Below are positions 8,538-17,671 of a stretch of 64,000 bases of DNA, one piece after another. The notes beneath the pieces are model-generated. The model saw nothing but the letters and a program-made list of their open reading frames with translations, had not been told where the DNA came from and searched no databases. Numbering within the stretch: the first letter of the stretch is position 1; each line of letters begins with the position of its first letter. Origin of the DNA: a virus (Duplodnaviria > Caudoviricetes); IMG/VR virus record IMGVR_UViG_3300021958_011004, positions 8,275-72,274 of that record. The stretch is one strand, 5' to 3'. Position numbers and translations under genes: made by a program.

Positions 8538-9716
8538 TTAGTCTTCTCGATATCTAACCCAAAGTAGAAAAGCAAGAAACATTAAAGAAAACCATCCTGG
8601 GTTGTCTGATACAACATTACAACCCTTGACAGGCTCAGTTATTTCATTATCAAGCTCGGGTAACTCTTCGTCTTCTTGTTCTTCAGCAACGACAACAGTT
8701 GCTGTGTCTTCTTCGGGATACCATCCAGTATCCACAGGCTCTTCAGCGGGTTCAATAGCAGGCTCAGAAGCGGGTTCTTCAACTACAGGCTCTTCAAAGT
8801 CAGGAGGAGGCATAATTTGAACATTTCCCAAGGAAAGCCCAAGATCGTAGTGAATAGGGTTCCACCAACCAAGATCAAAGTTAGCCGCAATGTTAAAGAA
8901 ATCAATCGTAAAAGTCTGACCCTCTTCAACTTGGATTGCCAAAAAGTATTCATGATACGCGTTCTGATCATCTCTCACCCCTGTGTTTAAATACATATCC
9001 CATGCCATCACATCAGCGCGACCATCAACCTCTACGTCCCACTCATATAATGTAACCTCATACTGTGTCTGAACGCGATATTCAGATCCTACATATCCCT
9101 TTACCTGCACGTCGCCTGCTGCCTGCATTGTACCTTCATCATCAAGTTGATACTCACCATGCGCCATGGCAGAACCTTCAGTGTTACCTCCAATCCCATA
9201 TTGATTTGAGAATAGAACTTGCCCATAAGCATCAATACCATAACTCTCAAAAGGAACAGACCAATCCCATCTAAATGCGCCGTTTGGATTGGCAACATCC
9301 TTAAGAGCTTCAACTGAAAGTGCGGGATACTCACCCCAGTCTTGGAACTCATCGGCCCACAAATGACAATCAAAACCGCTCACCCAAGGTGCAGCATAAC
9401 AATTGTCTCCAGGATTTGAACGTGCTTTAATTACTGCAACATAAAAGTCTGAACCTCTGTCAATTGAAGATTCAAACCAAAAGAACTCAATGATAGCATC
9501 AATTGAATTACCATAATCATCCGAGTTACCAGCATAAAGCGTATTACCTTCAAAAAACGCATATGGGTTTGTGGTTGCGTCTCCATTGGAATCATAAACT
9601 AAATCTAGAAGGACTTCGTTGTCACCTTCTAAAATCTGAGCACCGTTATATGAGGTCTCAGAGGTTGAGATGTCATCCGCATATAATAGCGAAGACATTA
9701 ATAAAGTTGTTAACAT
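8538..9716 (-). CDS. Secreted surface protein with MYXO-CTERM-like sorting tail
   Basis: Signal peptide; EEPASEP/DTG linker; C-terminal KGC...GWFSLMFLAFLLWVRYRED. Confidence 0.7.
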   Translation of the reverse strand: MLTTLLMSSLLYADDISTSETSYNGAQILEGDNEVLLDLVYDSNGDATTNPYAFFEGNTLYAGNSDDYGNSIDAIIEFFWFESSIDRGSDFYVAVIKARSNPGDNCYAAPWVSGFDCHLWADEFQDWGEYPALSVEALKDVANPNGAFRWDWSVPFESYGIDAYGQVLFSNQYGIGGNTEGSAMAHGEYQLDDEGTMQAAGDVQVKGYVGSEYRVQTQYEVTLYEWDVEVDGRADVMAWDMYLNTGVRDDQNAYHEYFLAIQVEEGQTFTIDFFNIAANFDLGWWNPIHYDLGLSLGNVQIMPPPDFEEPVVEEPASEPAIEPAEEPVDTGWYPEEDTATVVVAEEQEDEELPELDNEITEPVKGCNVVSDNPGWFSLMFLAFLLWVRYRED

Positions 9717-9743
9717 TTAATCTCCGTTTGCAAAAACAGTTAT

Positions 9744-9772
9744 ATTATACCAAAAACAATTATAATTTGCAG
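9744..9772 (-). promoter_or_regulatory. Promoter CTGCAA-N17-TATAAT
   Basis: Class consensus with TG extension. Confidence 0.7.
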
Positions 9773-9789
9773 GTTTTGTGCAAAAACAG

Positions 9790-10260
9790 TTATTCTTCTG
9801 TAACCTCTACTGTTTCTTCTTCTTGTCTTTGTAGTTTTTCTCTTAGCTTTTTTTCTTCTTCGGGCAAACAATCTTCGGGAAGCATTGATCTTAACTTCTT
9901 TTTATACTCAATCATTTCAGGTTGTGTCCACTTTTTCTTTGGACAGAACTTTTCATAATCTTCTTGATCTTTAAGAAAAATTTCCAATGCTACCATGTTA
10001 TTTTTTAAGTCTTCTGTTTTTTCGTCCATTGTTTCTATTTGCGTTTCTGTAGCGGCAAGAGTTTCAATAATTTCTTCTTTAAGATCTTCAGCTGCATTCT
10101 CGGACAATGGGGTGGGTGAAGGAGGAGGTTCTGGATTTTCTTCTTCTATTATTTCAGATTCATCCTCCAAAAATGTAGGTGGATCATCACTACCTTCATC
10201 TGCAGATACTTCAGCAGCACATGAAGTAAACAAAAGAATAAAAAGACCTGTGGTCATCAT
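9790..10260 (-). CDS. Acidic coiled-coil lipoprotein
   Basis: LFILLFTSC lipobox. Confidence 0.6.
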   Translation of the reverse strand: MMTTGLFILLFTSCAAEVSADEGSDDPPTFLEDESEIIEEENPEPPPSPTPLSENAAEDLKEEIIETLAATETQIETMDEKTEDLKNNMVALEIFLKDQEDYEKFCPKKKWTQPEMIEYKKKLRSMLPEDCLPEEEKKLREKLQRQEEETVEVTEE

Positions 10261-10535
10261 CGATCTCTCCGTGTAATAAGGTCTTCAATACGACCCAAGG
10301 TTGTTTTCATATATTCAATATCTTTTTCAATACTAATAATTCTCTTACCGTTTTCATCTAAGTCTTCAAATTTCTTTTCATATTGTGTGATAACTTGTTC
10401 AGCATCGCCCAAATCGTTTTGAAGCTCAGCTACTTTTACATTTGTAGTCCAAACCCAACCCGCAAGCGGAAGAACCAAAGCAGACATGATAAGAGAAAAA
10501 ACTTTCCATAAATCGTCTTTTGTTACACTAGCCAT
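10257..10535 (-). CDS. Membrane-anchored coiled-coil protein
   Basis: One N-terminal TM helix then heptad region. Confidence 0.55.
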   Translation of the reverse strand: MASVTKDDLWKVFSLIMSALVLPLAGWVWTTNVKVAELQNDLGDAEQVITQYEKKFEDLDENGKRIISIEKDIEYMKTTLGRIEDLITRRDR

Positions 10536-10887
10536 TTTTATCTCCTTTTAACAACACATAAATAGGTTTGTCATCTCGTTTCATCTTCTTTATTTTCAGC
10601 TCTTCTTTACACGCTTCTGACCTAGAACACACACTAAAAAAGCATAACAACTCAACGGGCCTTCTACTTCTTGTATACTTTGCACCCTTACTTGAATTGT
10701 TATGCTCAGATAAACGACGTTGCAAATCTGTGGTTATGCCCGTATAATAACTGTTATCACTACATTTTAAGAGATAAACGTACCAATGTTTATCTATGTT
10801 AATAGTAATCACCCCTGTCAGGACGTCTAGGATCTTGAATAAATCTACTATTTGCAAAACCGCTTGGTTCTTCATCATAATCATCAA
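10528..10887 (-). CDS. GIY-YIG nuclease (YhbQ/SLX1-like); true start probably near 10797
   Basis: WYVYLLKCSDNSYYTGITTDLQRRLSEHN...GAKYTR. Confidence 0.85.
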   Translation of the reverse strand: MMIMMKNQAVLQIVDLFKILDVLTGVITINIDKHWYVYLLKCSDNSYYTGITTDLQRRLSEHNNSSKGAKYTRSRRPVELLCFFSVCSRSEACKEELKIKKMKRDDKPIYVLLKGDKNG

Positions 10888-11233
10888 AGCCAGCTTCTAG
10901 GTCTTCATCTGAATCTTCAAAATAAACTCTAGTGTGATCATCAGCTTCAAGTGTAAATTCAGGTCTCATTGGCGGTTCTTGAGCTTTTACCCTGAAGGGT
11001 TCTTCTTTGGCAAGCTCAAGGTCAAATTTAGCCATAAAACTTAACAATTCTTCATTGCTCATGACAGTATTGACAGAATCTCTAACAGCAACTGATACTA
11101 TTCCTTTATCGTCTACTTCAATTTGATACAAGTCCCTATAGTCAGAACCTATCCCTTTCTCAATTGGATCATCGCCACCCTGAGCTATAGCTTCTTTAAT
11201 TAGTCTTCTTAATTGTCTTCTTGTTATTTTCAT
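10799..11233 (-). CDS. Hypothetical protein with MKxxxxQLR leader
   Basis: MKITRRQLRRLIKEA. Confidence 0.65.
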   Translation of the reverse strand: MKITRRQLRRLIKEAIAQGGDDPIEKGIGSDYRDLYQIEVDDKGIVSVAVRDSVNTVMSNEELLSFMAKFDLELAKEEPFRVKAQEPPMRPEFTLEADDHTRVYFEDSDEDLEAGFDDYDEEPSGFANSRFIQDPRRPDRGDYY

Positions 11234-11278
11234 CTTAACTCCAACACGTTATTATTAATTATTCTGAAGTATAATAAT

Positions 11279-11968
11279 TTACCTACGCTTTGGCAAGAAA
11301 ACTCTAGCCGCTCCACCACCATAATGACTCAACATCTGACGACCTCTGAAATCTGATGTTTCTGTTCCGTCACCCTGCGCAATTGAAATATGTCCTGACT
11401 TGCTATTACCTTTTCCCCAAACTACAATTGCACCTGCAGGTAAAGAAGAAAGACTTGTTGCAGAGGCTTCAATAAACAAATCTTTCTTTGCTGCCAATTG
11501 ATCAGCTGCCATGTAAGCGTGACCCCCATAGAGAAACCTCTCAATTGTTTTGTCAACTGCATTTGCAACATGAAAATAACACATGCCTGTTGACTTAGTT
11601 CTACCTGCAGTCTCAGCTAAACTAGCTGCAGCTAATTCTCTACCAATGGTTGGACTGTATTCTTCAGGTTGTGATTCTTGTGGTTGCTCTTCTCTTTGCG
11701 AGGCAACATCTGTTATTGAAAACGTAATAACATCACCGGGATGAATTATCTCTTTCCAGTCGTTTGCTGACTGAACATTCTCAATTGGAACATCGTATTT
11801 TTTAGCAATTGACCAATAAGATTCTCCACTAACAACTGTATGAGTAACCTCATTGTTTCCATTTAACATTGCTAATCTTTCTTGATTTGAACCAAAGTCT
11901 TGAATGTTTTGTTGAATCAATGTCTGATCAGCGCCCTGAGTTACATTGGTGTGTTGTAGTGATTTCAT
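11279..11968 (-). CDS. LysM + CHAP/NlpC-like cell-wall hydrolase
   Basis: HTVVSGESYWSIAKKY..ANDWKEIIHPGD (LysM); GMCY...GAIVVW...GHISI (Cys-His dyad). Confidence 0.8.
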   Translation of the reverse strand: MKSLQHTNVTQGADQTLIQQNIQDFGSNQERLAMLNGNNEVTHTVVSGESYWSIAKKYDVPIENVQSANDWKEIIHPGDVITFSITDVASQREEQPQESQPEEYSPTIGRELAAASLAETAGRTKSTGMCYFHVANAVDKTIERFLYGGHAYMAADQLAAKKDLFIEASATSLSSLPAGAIVVWGKGNSKSGHISIAQGDGTETSDFRGRQMLSHYGGGAARVFLPKRR

Positions 11969-12017
11969 ATTAACCTCTCTGCTACTTTTATTATACACAG
12001 ACTTTTTTGTAATAAAA

Positions 12018-12406
12018 TGGTGGAGCCGAGGGGATTTGCACCCCTGTCCGCAGCAGTCTTAGTTTGAGTCATCCACAAGCTTGTCTGATTATTTCTCTAA
12101 CCAGAAAGATAGCCACCTTTTTTCACATCCAACTCTTGTGTGGCCTTAGAGTTCCACCTGCTACCAACAGGGTAACCATTTCGGATTCGGCCGAGTCCGG
12201 AGACTCCCTTATAACTTTATCGTCTCATCCATCTGACTAACCTCTTGTTTTACACCGGAAGAGATACCGGCGTGATTAAGCAGCTAAAGCTACAGAATCA
12301 TAGTGTGCGTTATTGTTGGCACTTATAAAATTTGAACTGTTAAGGACGTATCTTCCCTGCTTGCACTCTCCCCTTGATTCTACCCCGTCGAATCTAAATC
12401 GGCCCC
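12018..12406 (-). ncRNA. ssrA: tmRNA (one-piece), tag ANNNAHYDSVALAA*
   Basis: 5' GGGGCCGATTTAGATTCGAC, 3' GGGGTGCAAATCCCCTCGGCTCCACCA with G3-U; tag ORF 12320-12276 ending ALAA-TAA. Confidence 0.95.
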
Positions 12407-12435
12407 TTAAATTGTTATTAATTATATTATAAAAA

Positions 12436-12759
12436 CTAATGTTCATGATTACATGAATGAACTTCTTTTGCTTTCTTCCCTGTAACTTTTATCCATGCTG
12501 CCCACAAGAAGGGAACAACAAGCCAATGTAAACAAAATAGAATACTAGCCGGTATCAAAGCAAAAAATCCTGGATGGACAACCTTACCTAAATAGCCAAA
12601 CATTAAAGGAAACAATAAGTCCTCAATAATCTCCCATCCAATTATTATCACAACAAGCGCCAAGCCATGTTCTCTGAAAGTGGCTTTTATACTATTTAGA
12701 CTTATGTGTTCTAGTTTGTGTGACAACCGTTTTTTAATCCACTGAAACATTATTTTCAC
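12436..12759 (-). CDS. Small membrane protein
   Basis: Two to three hydrophobic segments. Confidence 0.55.
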   Translation of the reverse strand: MKIMFQWIKKRLSHKLEHISLNSIKATFREHGLALVVIIIGWEIIEDLLFPLMFGYLGKVVHPGFFALIPASILFCLHWLVVPFLWAAWIKVTGKKAKEVHSCNHEH

Positions 12760-13000
12760 CCTTAGAAACTATTTCTAAATAATCTTCAATTATCAGAACA
12801 TTACGACCCGTAGCTAGCATTAGAAATATTAACCTTTTATTATTTTGCAAAATATCATTTTCAAAGGAATCACTTCTGTCCGGTGAGACGCTAATAACAA
12901 GCATAGGAGAACGCCAGCAATTATCATCAGCACTAACAGGTAAATGCTTTACGAAATCCTTCTTTATTCTTACTAGGTCTCCCGGACAGATTGGATTCAT
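12734..13000 (-). CDS. KOW/SH3-like microprotein
   Basis: ICPGDLVRIKK. Confidence 0.45.
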   Translation of the reverse strand: MNPICPGDLVRIKKDFVKHLPVSADDNCWRSPMLVISVSPDRSDSFENDILQNNKRLIFLMLATGRNVLIIEDYLEIVSKGENNVSVD

Positions 13001-13003
13001 AAA

Positions 13004-13243
13004 CTATTCTTCAGTATCAAAATCTTTGGTAAGATGTTCAACAATGTTATCAAGTTCATTAACATCTTCACCAAACTCAATGCGCTTCTTGACAACACGG
13101 AGTGCTTCACGCAAAACCTTTGGTTTAAAATAATTTTTATAATCATCAAAAAGGTCTTTCTTGTCTTGCTGCAAGAGTCTGATTTCATTTTCAATTCTTC
13201 GAAGCTTTGAAACAAATTCTTCTAGTTTTTTCTCATCATTCAT
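13004..13243 (-). CDS. DsbA(T4)/GapR(DUF2312)-like dsDNA-binding protein
   Basis: LEEFVSKLRRIENEIRLLQQDKKDLF...KPKVLREALR pattern. Confidence 0.65.
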   Translation of the reverse strand: MNDEKKLEEFVSKLRRIENEIRLLQQDKKDLFDDYKNYFKPKVLREALRVVKKRIEFGEDVNELDNIVEHLTKDFDTEE

Positions 13244-13247
13244 TTGA

Positions 13248-13505
13248 TTATCTCCTTTTCATCTTTTTCAAATCAGTTTCATTGAATGAACAGTATTGCG
13301 GGAGAATACAGGTATAACGATAGTCAGTTTGGCATCTTACTTCAAATACTGTGCCATGCTTTTCTTCGAATATCCTGTTAATCTCGCCCCACTTGATGGA
13401 ATTGTCATAATCTAAGTAATAACAAAACTCACCAACTTTTGCTGTATTGATGTCATCACCAACACGAATATTAATTTCTTTTTCTTTTCTTTTTCTTCTT
13501 GCCAT
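13248..13505 (-). CDS. Hypothetical protein (SH3-like)
   Basis: KVGEFCYY..WGEI. Confidence 0.5.
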   Translation of the reverse strand: MARRKRKEKEINIRVGDDINTAKVGEFCYYLDYDNSIKWGEINRIFEEKHGTVFEVRCQTDYRYTCILPQYCSFNETDLKKMKRR

Positions 13506-13514
13506 GTAGTAAAA

Positions 13515-13745
13515 TTACAGTATAGTACTGCATTTTACATAACGTGACCAAATTTGTGTTTCTTTTTTTTCAAAGCTATATAACTTCATTGTCCTGCTAG
13601 ATAGCTCAAGAACAAGACACATGTGACTTTTCCATTCATCCCATGGAACTTCAACTTTAACAATGTCACCGACTTTTACGTTTGCTTTTGTAATAGATGT
13701 ATTAGTATTAGCTCTCGCAATGTCTCCTATACATAACTTTTTCAT
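13515..13745 (-). CDS. KOW/SH3-like microprotein
   Basis: KVGDIVKVEVPW. Confidence 0.45.
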   Translation of the reverse strand: MKKLCIGDIARANTNTSITKANVKVGDIVKVEVPWDEWKSHMCLVLELSSRTMKLYSFEKKETQIWSRYVKCSTIL

Positions 13746-13765
13746 TGACCCCCATCATGAAAAGT

Positions 13766-14179
13766 TTACTTAAATAATCTGTCTCTTAACTTTTGAAAGA
13801 ACAAACCGAACCTACCTTTTTTCTGCTCAAATGATTTTATACCGCCATCAATGGTTGTTTCAATCCAATTGACTAGATTCTCACGTGACTCTGGATCTTT
13901 CATTGTGTCATAAGCATGTTTTAAGGCTCCAAACAAAGCAGCTTTAACTTCTGCTTCTGTGTTTAGCTTTGTCTCTTTTCCCGCTTCTTTTATAAAAGCT
14001 TGAATTTTTTGACCCAGCATTCTTAAAACAATTGATATCCCACTGTCAGTACCATTATCATAATTGATTGGTATTTCAATATCGGGTAACTTTTCTTCTT
14101 CAGCAGCTTCTTCAGCCGCCTCTTGTTCAAAGAGAAAACTTTCAATTAGTGTGTTTAATTCTTTTCTTGTTAATTTCAT
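13766..14179 (-). CDS. Hypothetical protein with MKxxxxEL leader and FEQEAAEE motif
   Basis: MKLTRKELNTLIESFLFEQEAAEE. Confidence 0.6.
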   Translation of the reverse strand: MKLTRKELNTLIESFLFEQEAAEEAAEEEKLPDIEIPINYDNGTDSGISIVLRMLGQKIQAFIKEAGKETKLNTEAEVKAALFGALKHAYDTMKDPESRENLVNWIETTIDGGIKSFEQKKGRFGLFFQKLRDRLFK

Positions 14180-14237
14180 GTCGTAACCATAACCTTATTA
14201 ACTTAATTATGGTTCTTCAAAAGACTTTGCAAGAAAA

Positions 14238-14438
14238 CTATCGGCGGCTTTGACGCATCTCGTTTTTACGACGACGTTTTTCTGCTGCTTTCTTTTTTTC
14301 TTTTTTAGCTACAGAAGGTTTTGAATAAAACTCATGCTTTTTATAGTCTCTAAGAATCCCTTCTTTTTCAACTAAACGTTTGAACTTTCTATAAGCTTTC
14401 TCAAAACTATCGTTTCTCTTCAGTCTGACTGTTGCCAT
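14238..14438 (-). CDS. rpsU: 30S ribosomal protein bS21
   Basis: V..DSFEKAYRKFKRLVEKEGILRDYKKHEFYSKPSVAKKEKKKAA. Confidence 0.93.
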   Translation of the reverse strand: MATVRLKRNDSFEKAYRKFKRLVEKEGILRDYKKHEFYSKPSVAKKEKKKAAEKRRRKNEMRQSRR

Positions 14439-14525
14439 TTTTTCTCCATTATCTAGATAACAACTATGATTATAATCTTTTTTAAATCATGTTAAAACAT
14501 AGTATTATAAATATTCGGAGGTTTA

Positions 14526-15206
14526 ATGTTTATCTACAATGACAACATCGGTTTTGTTGAGTATGTTCAACACATGGGTGATGACCTAACAATCGTAAAT
14601 GCAGCAAGAGTTAGCTTTGGCAAACAAAAATCAGCGCTCGATGTCAGAGACGAGAAGCTAATAAAATACCTAATTGCCAACAAACACACATCTACTTTAG
14701 AACATAATGTTGTTACCTTTAGATTCAAGGTACCACTTTTCGTAAGAGGTCAACATCACAGACACAGAACGTGGTCTTACAACGAAGTCAGTAGAAGATA
14801 CACAGAAGAGAACTTACAATTCTATGAGCCGACTTCTTTTAGAACTCAACACAAATCAAATCGTCAAGCAAGCAATGAAGACCAGGTCAATCCTGTAATA
14901 TGGCCTGACTTAGCAGACCCAGACTATGGCACATGCGCGGCAGAAGCCATCAAAAATCATCACCAAACTTCACTTGACCTATATAACAGGCTAGTTAGCG
15001 AAGGTGTCTGTAGAGAGCAGGCGCGTGGCGTTCTGCCTCAGAATCTTTATACTGAGTATTACGGCACGACAAATCTTAACAACTTAATTAAGTTTATTAA
15101 ACTAAGAGAAGATTCGCATGCTCAATGGGAGATTCAACAAGTCGCTCGGGCTTGTAGAGAAATAGTAACTGAATTATGGCCAGTAGCAATGAAACACTTA
15201 GAATAA
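14526..15206 (+). CDS. thyX: FAD-dependent thymidylate synthase
   Basis: IVNAARVSF, H.S.LEH, RHRTWSYNEVSRRY, EQARGVLP; GGAGG RBS. Confidence 0.95.
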   Translation: MFIYNDNIGFVEYVQHMGDDLTIVNAARVSFGKQKSALDVRDEKLIKYLIANKHTSTLEHNVVTFRFKVPLFVRGQHHRHRTWSYNEVSRRYTEENLQFYEPTSFRTQHKSNRQASNEDQVNPVIWPDLADPDYGTCAAEAIKNHHQTSLDLYNRLVSEGVCREQARGVLPQNLYTEYYGTTNLNNLIKFIKLREDSHAQWEIQQVARACREIVTELWPVAMKHLE

Positions 15207-16466
15207 CAAGTTAAGTCTTCTTCTAATTGCTTCTCTGATAATTCTTCTAATTTTAGATTCTGAGACAGGTTTCTCAGATTTAACTTTTTGTGCAATACCA
15301 CCACCCAAGACATCAACAATAAATTCACCTGTCACTTTAAAAGGATAGGGACTGAATTGTTCATCTCTAATGACGACACCTTCATGATTTGTTTCTTCAC
15401 CAATCATGTCACCTATTTCTGAAGTTAATCCTTTTAAGAAATCATTACCAAGTAGTCTTGTAGCATGCATTAAAACTGCACCATCAATTAATGCTCTAAC
15501 TCCATCAGCATCTTCAGTAGAAACTACAAGAGTATCTAAAGGTGTATTGCCCTCTAAGATAGCTAAATATATTCTTTTGTCAAACGGACTAATACGTCTA
15601 CCATCAGTGGATTTATACATTGTGTCGTATCTACCAACATACTGTGCTGGTTTAACAATAATTTCTGAGAGCCAATCTTTAAGAGGTCTTCCTTGTAGAT
15701 GGTCAATTCCACCAAAATTGTCATTATATTCTTCAGAGACATTAACTCTAAATGGTGTGTTTAAAGAAGAAGAATAGTCAATTGTTACATCTTCTTTTTT
15801 CTGCGTCGGTATTGGGCCAAAGACTTTAAACCCATGTTTTTGAGAAACAGTATTTAATTTGTTAATCAAAGACATCATAGCCTGTGAATCATATGGCACT
15901 TCAACAGAACCTGATTTTTTATTATCTGGATTAGGTAAACCGTCTCTAGTCTTTATTAAGCTCACACCTGTTTGTGCAGCTATTTTCTTTGGGACCCTAG
16001 AATACTTTTCATAAAAAGCATTAACACCATGAATTGCAATAAAATTCATTGAATAGCCAACAGCGTTTGTAGCACCCATAACATACTCTGTGTTTAAGAA
16101 ATAGTGTGGGTTATCAACAAGTCCTAAAGTCTTTAGCTCGGGCTTAATCATGGGTAGTGCTTCATTTAAAATAGTAAGTAGATTTGTAATTGCAGGAATC
16201 ATGCCGTGATTCTCTCCAAATCTTTCTCCTATTCTTGATAAAGTAACACCTTCAACGTCAATAGGTTTTTGAGAACCTCTATCTACTGCAAATTCATTAC
16301 CAGCAAGCTTAAAAGAAACATTGATACCGTCAATTTTAACGTTAATTAATTCTGCTGCTTGTTGTGCGTAAGATTTTAAATCATCAAAAATCTCAATTAA
16401 GTCATTTCCGGATTGCACCCTTTCTAAGTCAAAAGGATGTCTCATATGTCCACCAGCGCCACCCAT
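15198..16466 (-). CDS. RNA/DNA-ligase-superfamily nucleotidyltransferase (GGAGGHM family)
   Basis: Motif I KIDG, motif IV EGVVIR, motif V PFKVTG; C-terminal SESKIRRIIREAI. Confidence 0.65.
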   Translation of the reverse strand: MGGAGGHMRHPFDLERVQSGNDLIEIFDDLKSYAQQAAELINVKIDGINVSFKLAGNEFAVDRGSQKPIDVEGVTLSRIGERFGENHGMIPAITNLLTILNEALPMIKPELKTLGLVDNPHYFLNTEYVMGATNAVGYSMNFIAIHGVNAFYEKYSRVPKKIAAQTGVSLIKTRDGLPNPDNKKSGSVEVPYDSQAMMSLINKLNTVSQKHGFKVFGPIPTQKKEDVTIDYSSSLNTPFRVNVSEEYNDNFGGIDHLQGRPLKDWLSEIIVKPAQYVGRYDTMYKSTDGRRISPFDKRIYLAILEGNTPLDTLVVSTEDADGVRALIDGAVLMHATRLLGNDFLKGLTSEIGDMIGEETNHEGVVIRDEQFSPYPFKVTGEFIVDVLGGGIAQKVKSEKPVSESKIRRIIREAIRRRLNLLF

Positions 16467-16494
16467 GTGTGTCTCCTTTAAATAATACTAATTA

Positions 16495-17085
16495 TTAACT
16501 AGGACTAGAATTATCATCATCATCCCCTGGGTCTTTTTTTACAGGAGGTTTCTTTTTAGGCTTTACCTTCTTATCTTTGTTGTCTTTTTCTTTTAATGCA
16601 GCCTTATAACTGTTTGCTTCACCTGAAGGCTTTTCAAACTTTAAAACTTTTAACTTTGTTGGTTTCTTGTCCGGAACCTCTTTCTTTTTAGTTCCCGGGT
16701 TTGAAGGTTTTCTAGGTTTTGGTTTAACATCACCTGTAATTACATCAACAGGTACACCCATGATAAAAGAATGAGCCAATAACATCATGTGTTCAACAAA
16801 TTCATCAGCATTGTTAAATGAAACGCTATCATTACAAAACTCGTCTATAAACAACCAGCCTCTGTCAGATAACCTTTCAATTGCGCCACTTACAGGAGCA
16901 ATGCTTCCATATTCATCAAAGTACATACAAGTTATTCTAACACGTCCAGTTGTATGGTTTGTAGCGCCAGGATAAGTCCATCTAATTGCAAACACGGCAT
17001 TTGTAACAGATAAATCCTCTTCAGTTAGACATGTCTGAGTATAAAGTTTTCTATACTCAAAATCACTTTGAAATTCTTCACTCAT
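16495..17085 (-). CDS. Hypothetical protein with Lys/Pro-rich tail
   Basis: ORF track. Confidence 0.6.
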   Translation of the reverse strand: MSEEFQSDFEYRKLYTQTCLTEEDLSVTNAVFAIRWTYPGATNHTTGRVRITCMYFDEYGSIAPVSGAIERLSDRGWLFIDEFCNDSVSFNNADEFVEHMMLLAHSFIMGVPVDVITGDVKPKPRKPSNPGTKKKEVPDKKPTKLKVLKFEKPSGEANSYKAALKEKDNKDKKVKPKKKPPVKKDPGDDDDNSSPS

Positions 17086-17330
17086 GTTTCCACCATTATT
17101 TCTATTTCTTCCAATGCTGCATACATTATGTCGCCACGTCTGAAGTCTTTAGATTCTACATCAGAATAAAAAGTTATATACTTTTGATTGTTACGTTGTG
17201 TTAAAACAATGTCTTTACCATTTTTAAAGAACTTTATGTATGCTTTAAAATCATTTGGCAAGTCTCTAAACTTATTATAGCCAAAGACATGCGCATAATA
17301 TTCTATTTCCGCGAAAGGGTTGTCGTCCAT
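17082..17330 (-). CDS. Hypothetical protein
   Basis: Coupled ORF. Confidence 0.5.
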   Translation of the reverse strand: MDDNPFAEIEYYAHVFGYNKFRDLPNDFKAYIKFFKNGKDIVLTQRNNQKYITFYSDVESKDFRRGDIMYAALEEIEIMVET

Positions 17331-17332
17331 GT

Positions 17333-17536
17333 TTACTTCCTAAAAGCTTTGCTTACTTTGACGGGTTTATTAGTATATTCTTCTGGTTCTTCTTCAGTAG
17401 GGTCAATGACACCATAACCTGATATTTGACGAGGAGCATGAGGGTGTCCAGCGCTATAACCTCTTCCACCTCGAACATTAATAACTTTTTGTCTAAGTTC
17501 CAGTTCCTCTATGATTGTCATCATTATTTCTGTCAT
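17333..17536 (-). CDS. Hypothetical protein
   Basis: Coupled ORF. Confidence 0.5.
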   Translation of the reverse strand: MTEIMMTIIEELELRQKVINVRGGRGYSAGHPHAPRQISGYGVIDPTEEEPEEYTNKPVKVSKAFRK

Positions 17537-17671
17537 CTTCTTTCACCTTAATGTATTTTTTATATGTAATTATTCCAAAAGAAAGTAAAACACATGCTGT
17601 TAAAGACACAGCAATAACAAATTCTCCTGTTTTATCAACAGCACTGTTAAACTTTCGAGCAAAACATTTTT

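Noticed and set aside
12997-13215. Alternate-frame ORF overlapping the DsbA/GapR-like gene
   Set aside because: The 13004-13243 frame has the recognisable family pattern; this one does not
14506-14513. T4 late promoter TATAAATA upstream of thyX
   Set aside because: Single sense-oriented instance noticed; expected by chance in AT-rich DNA
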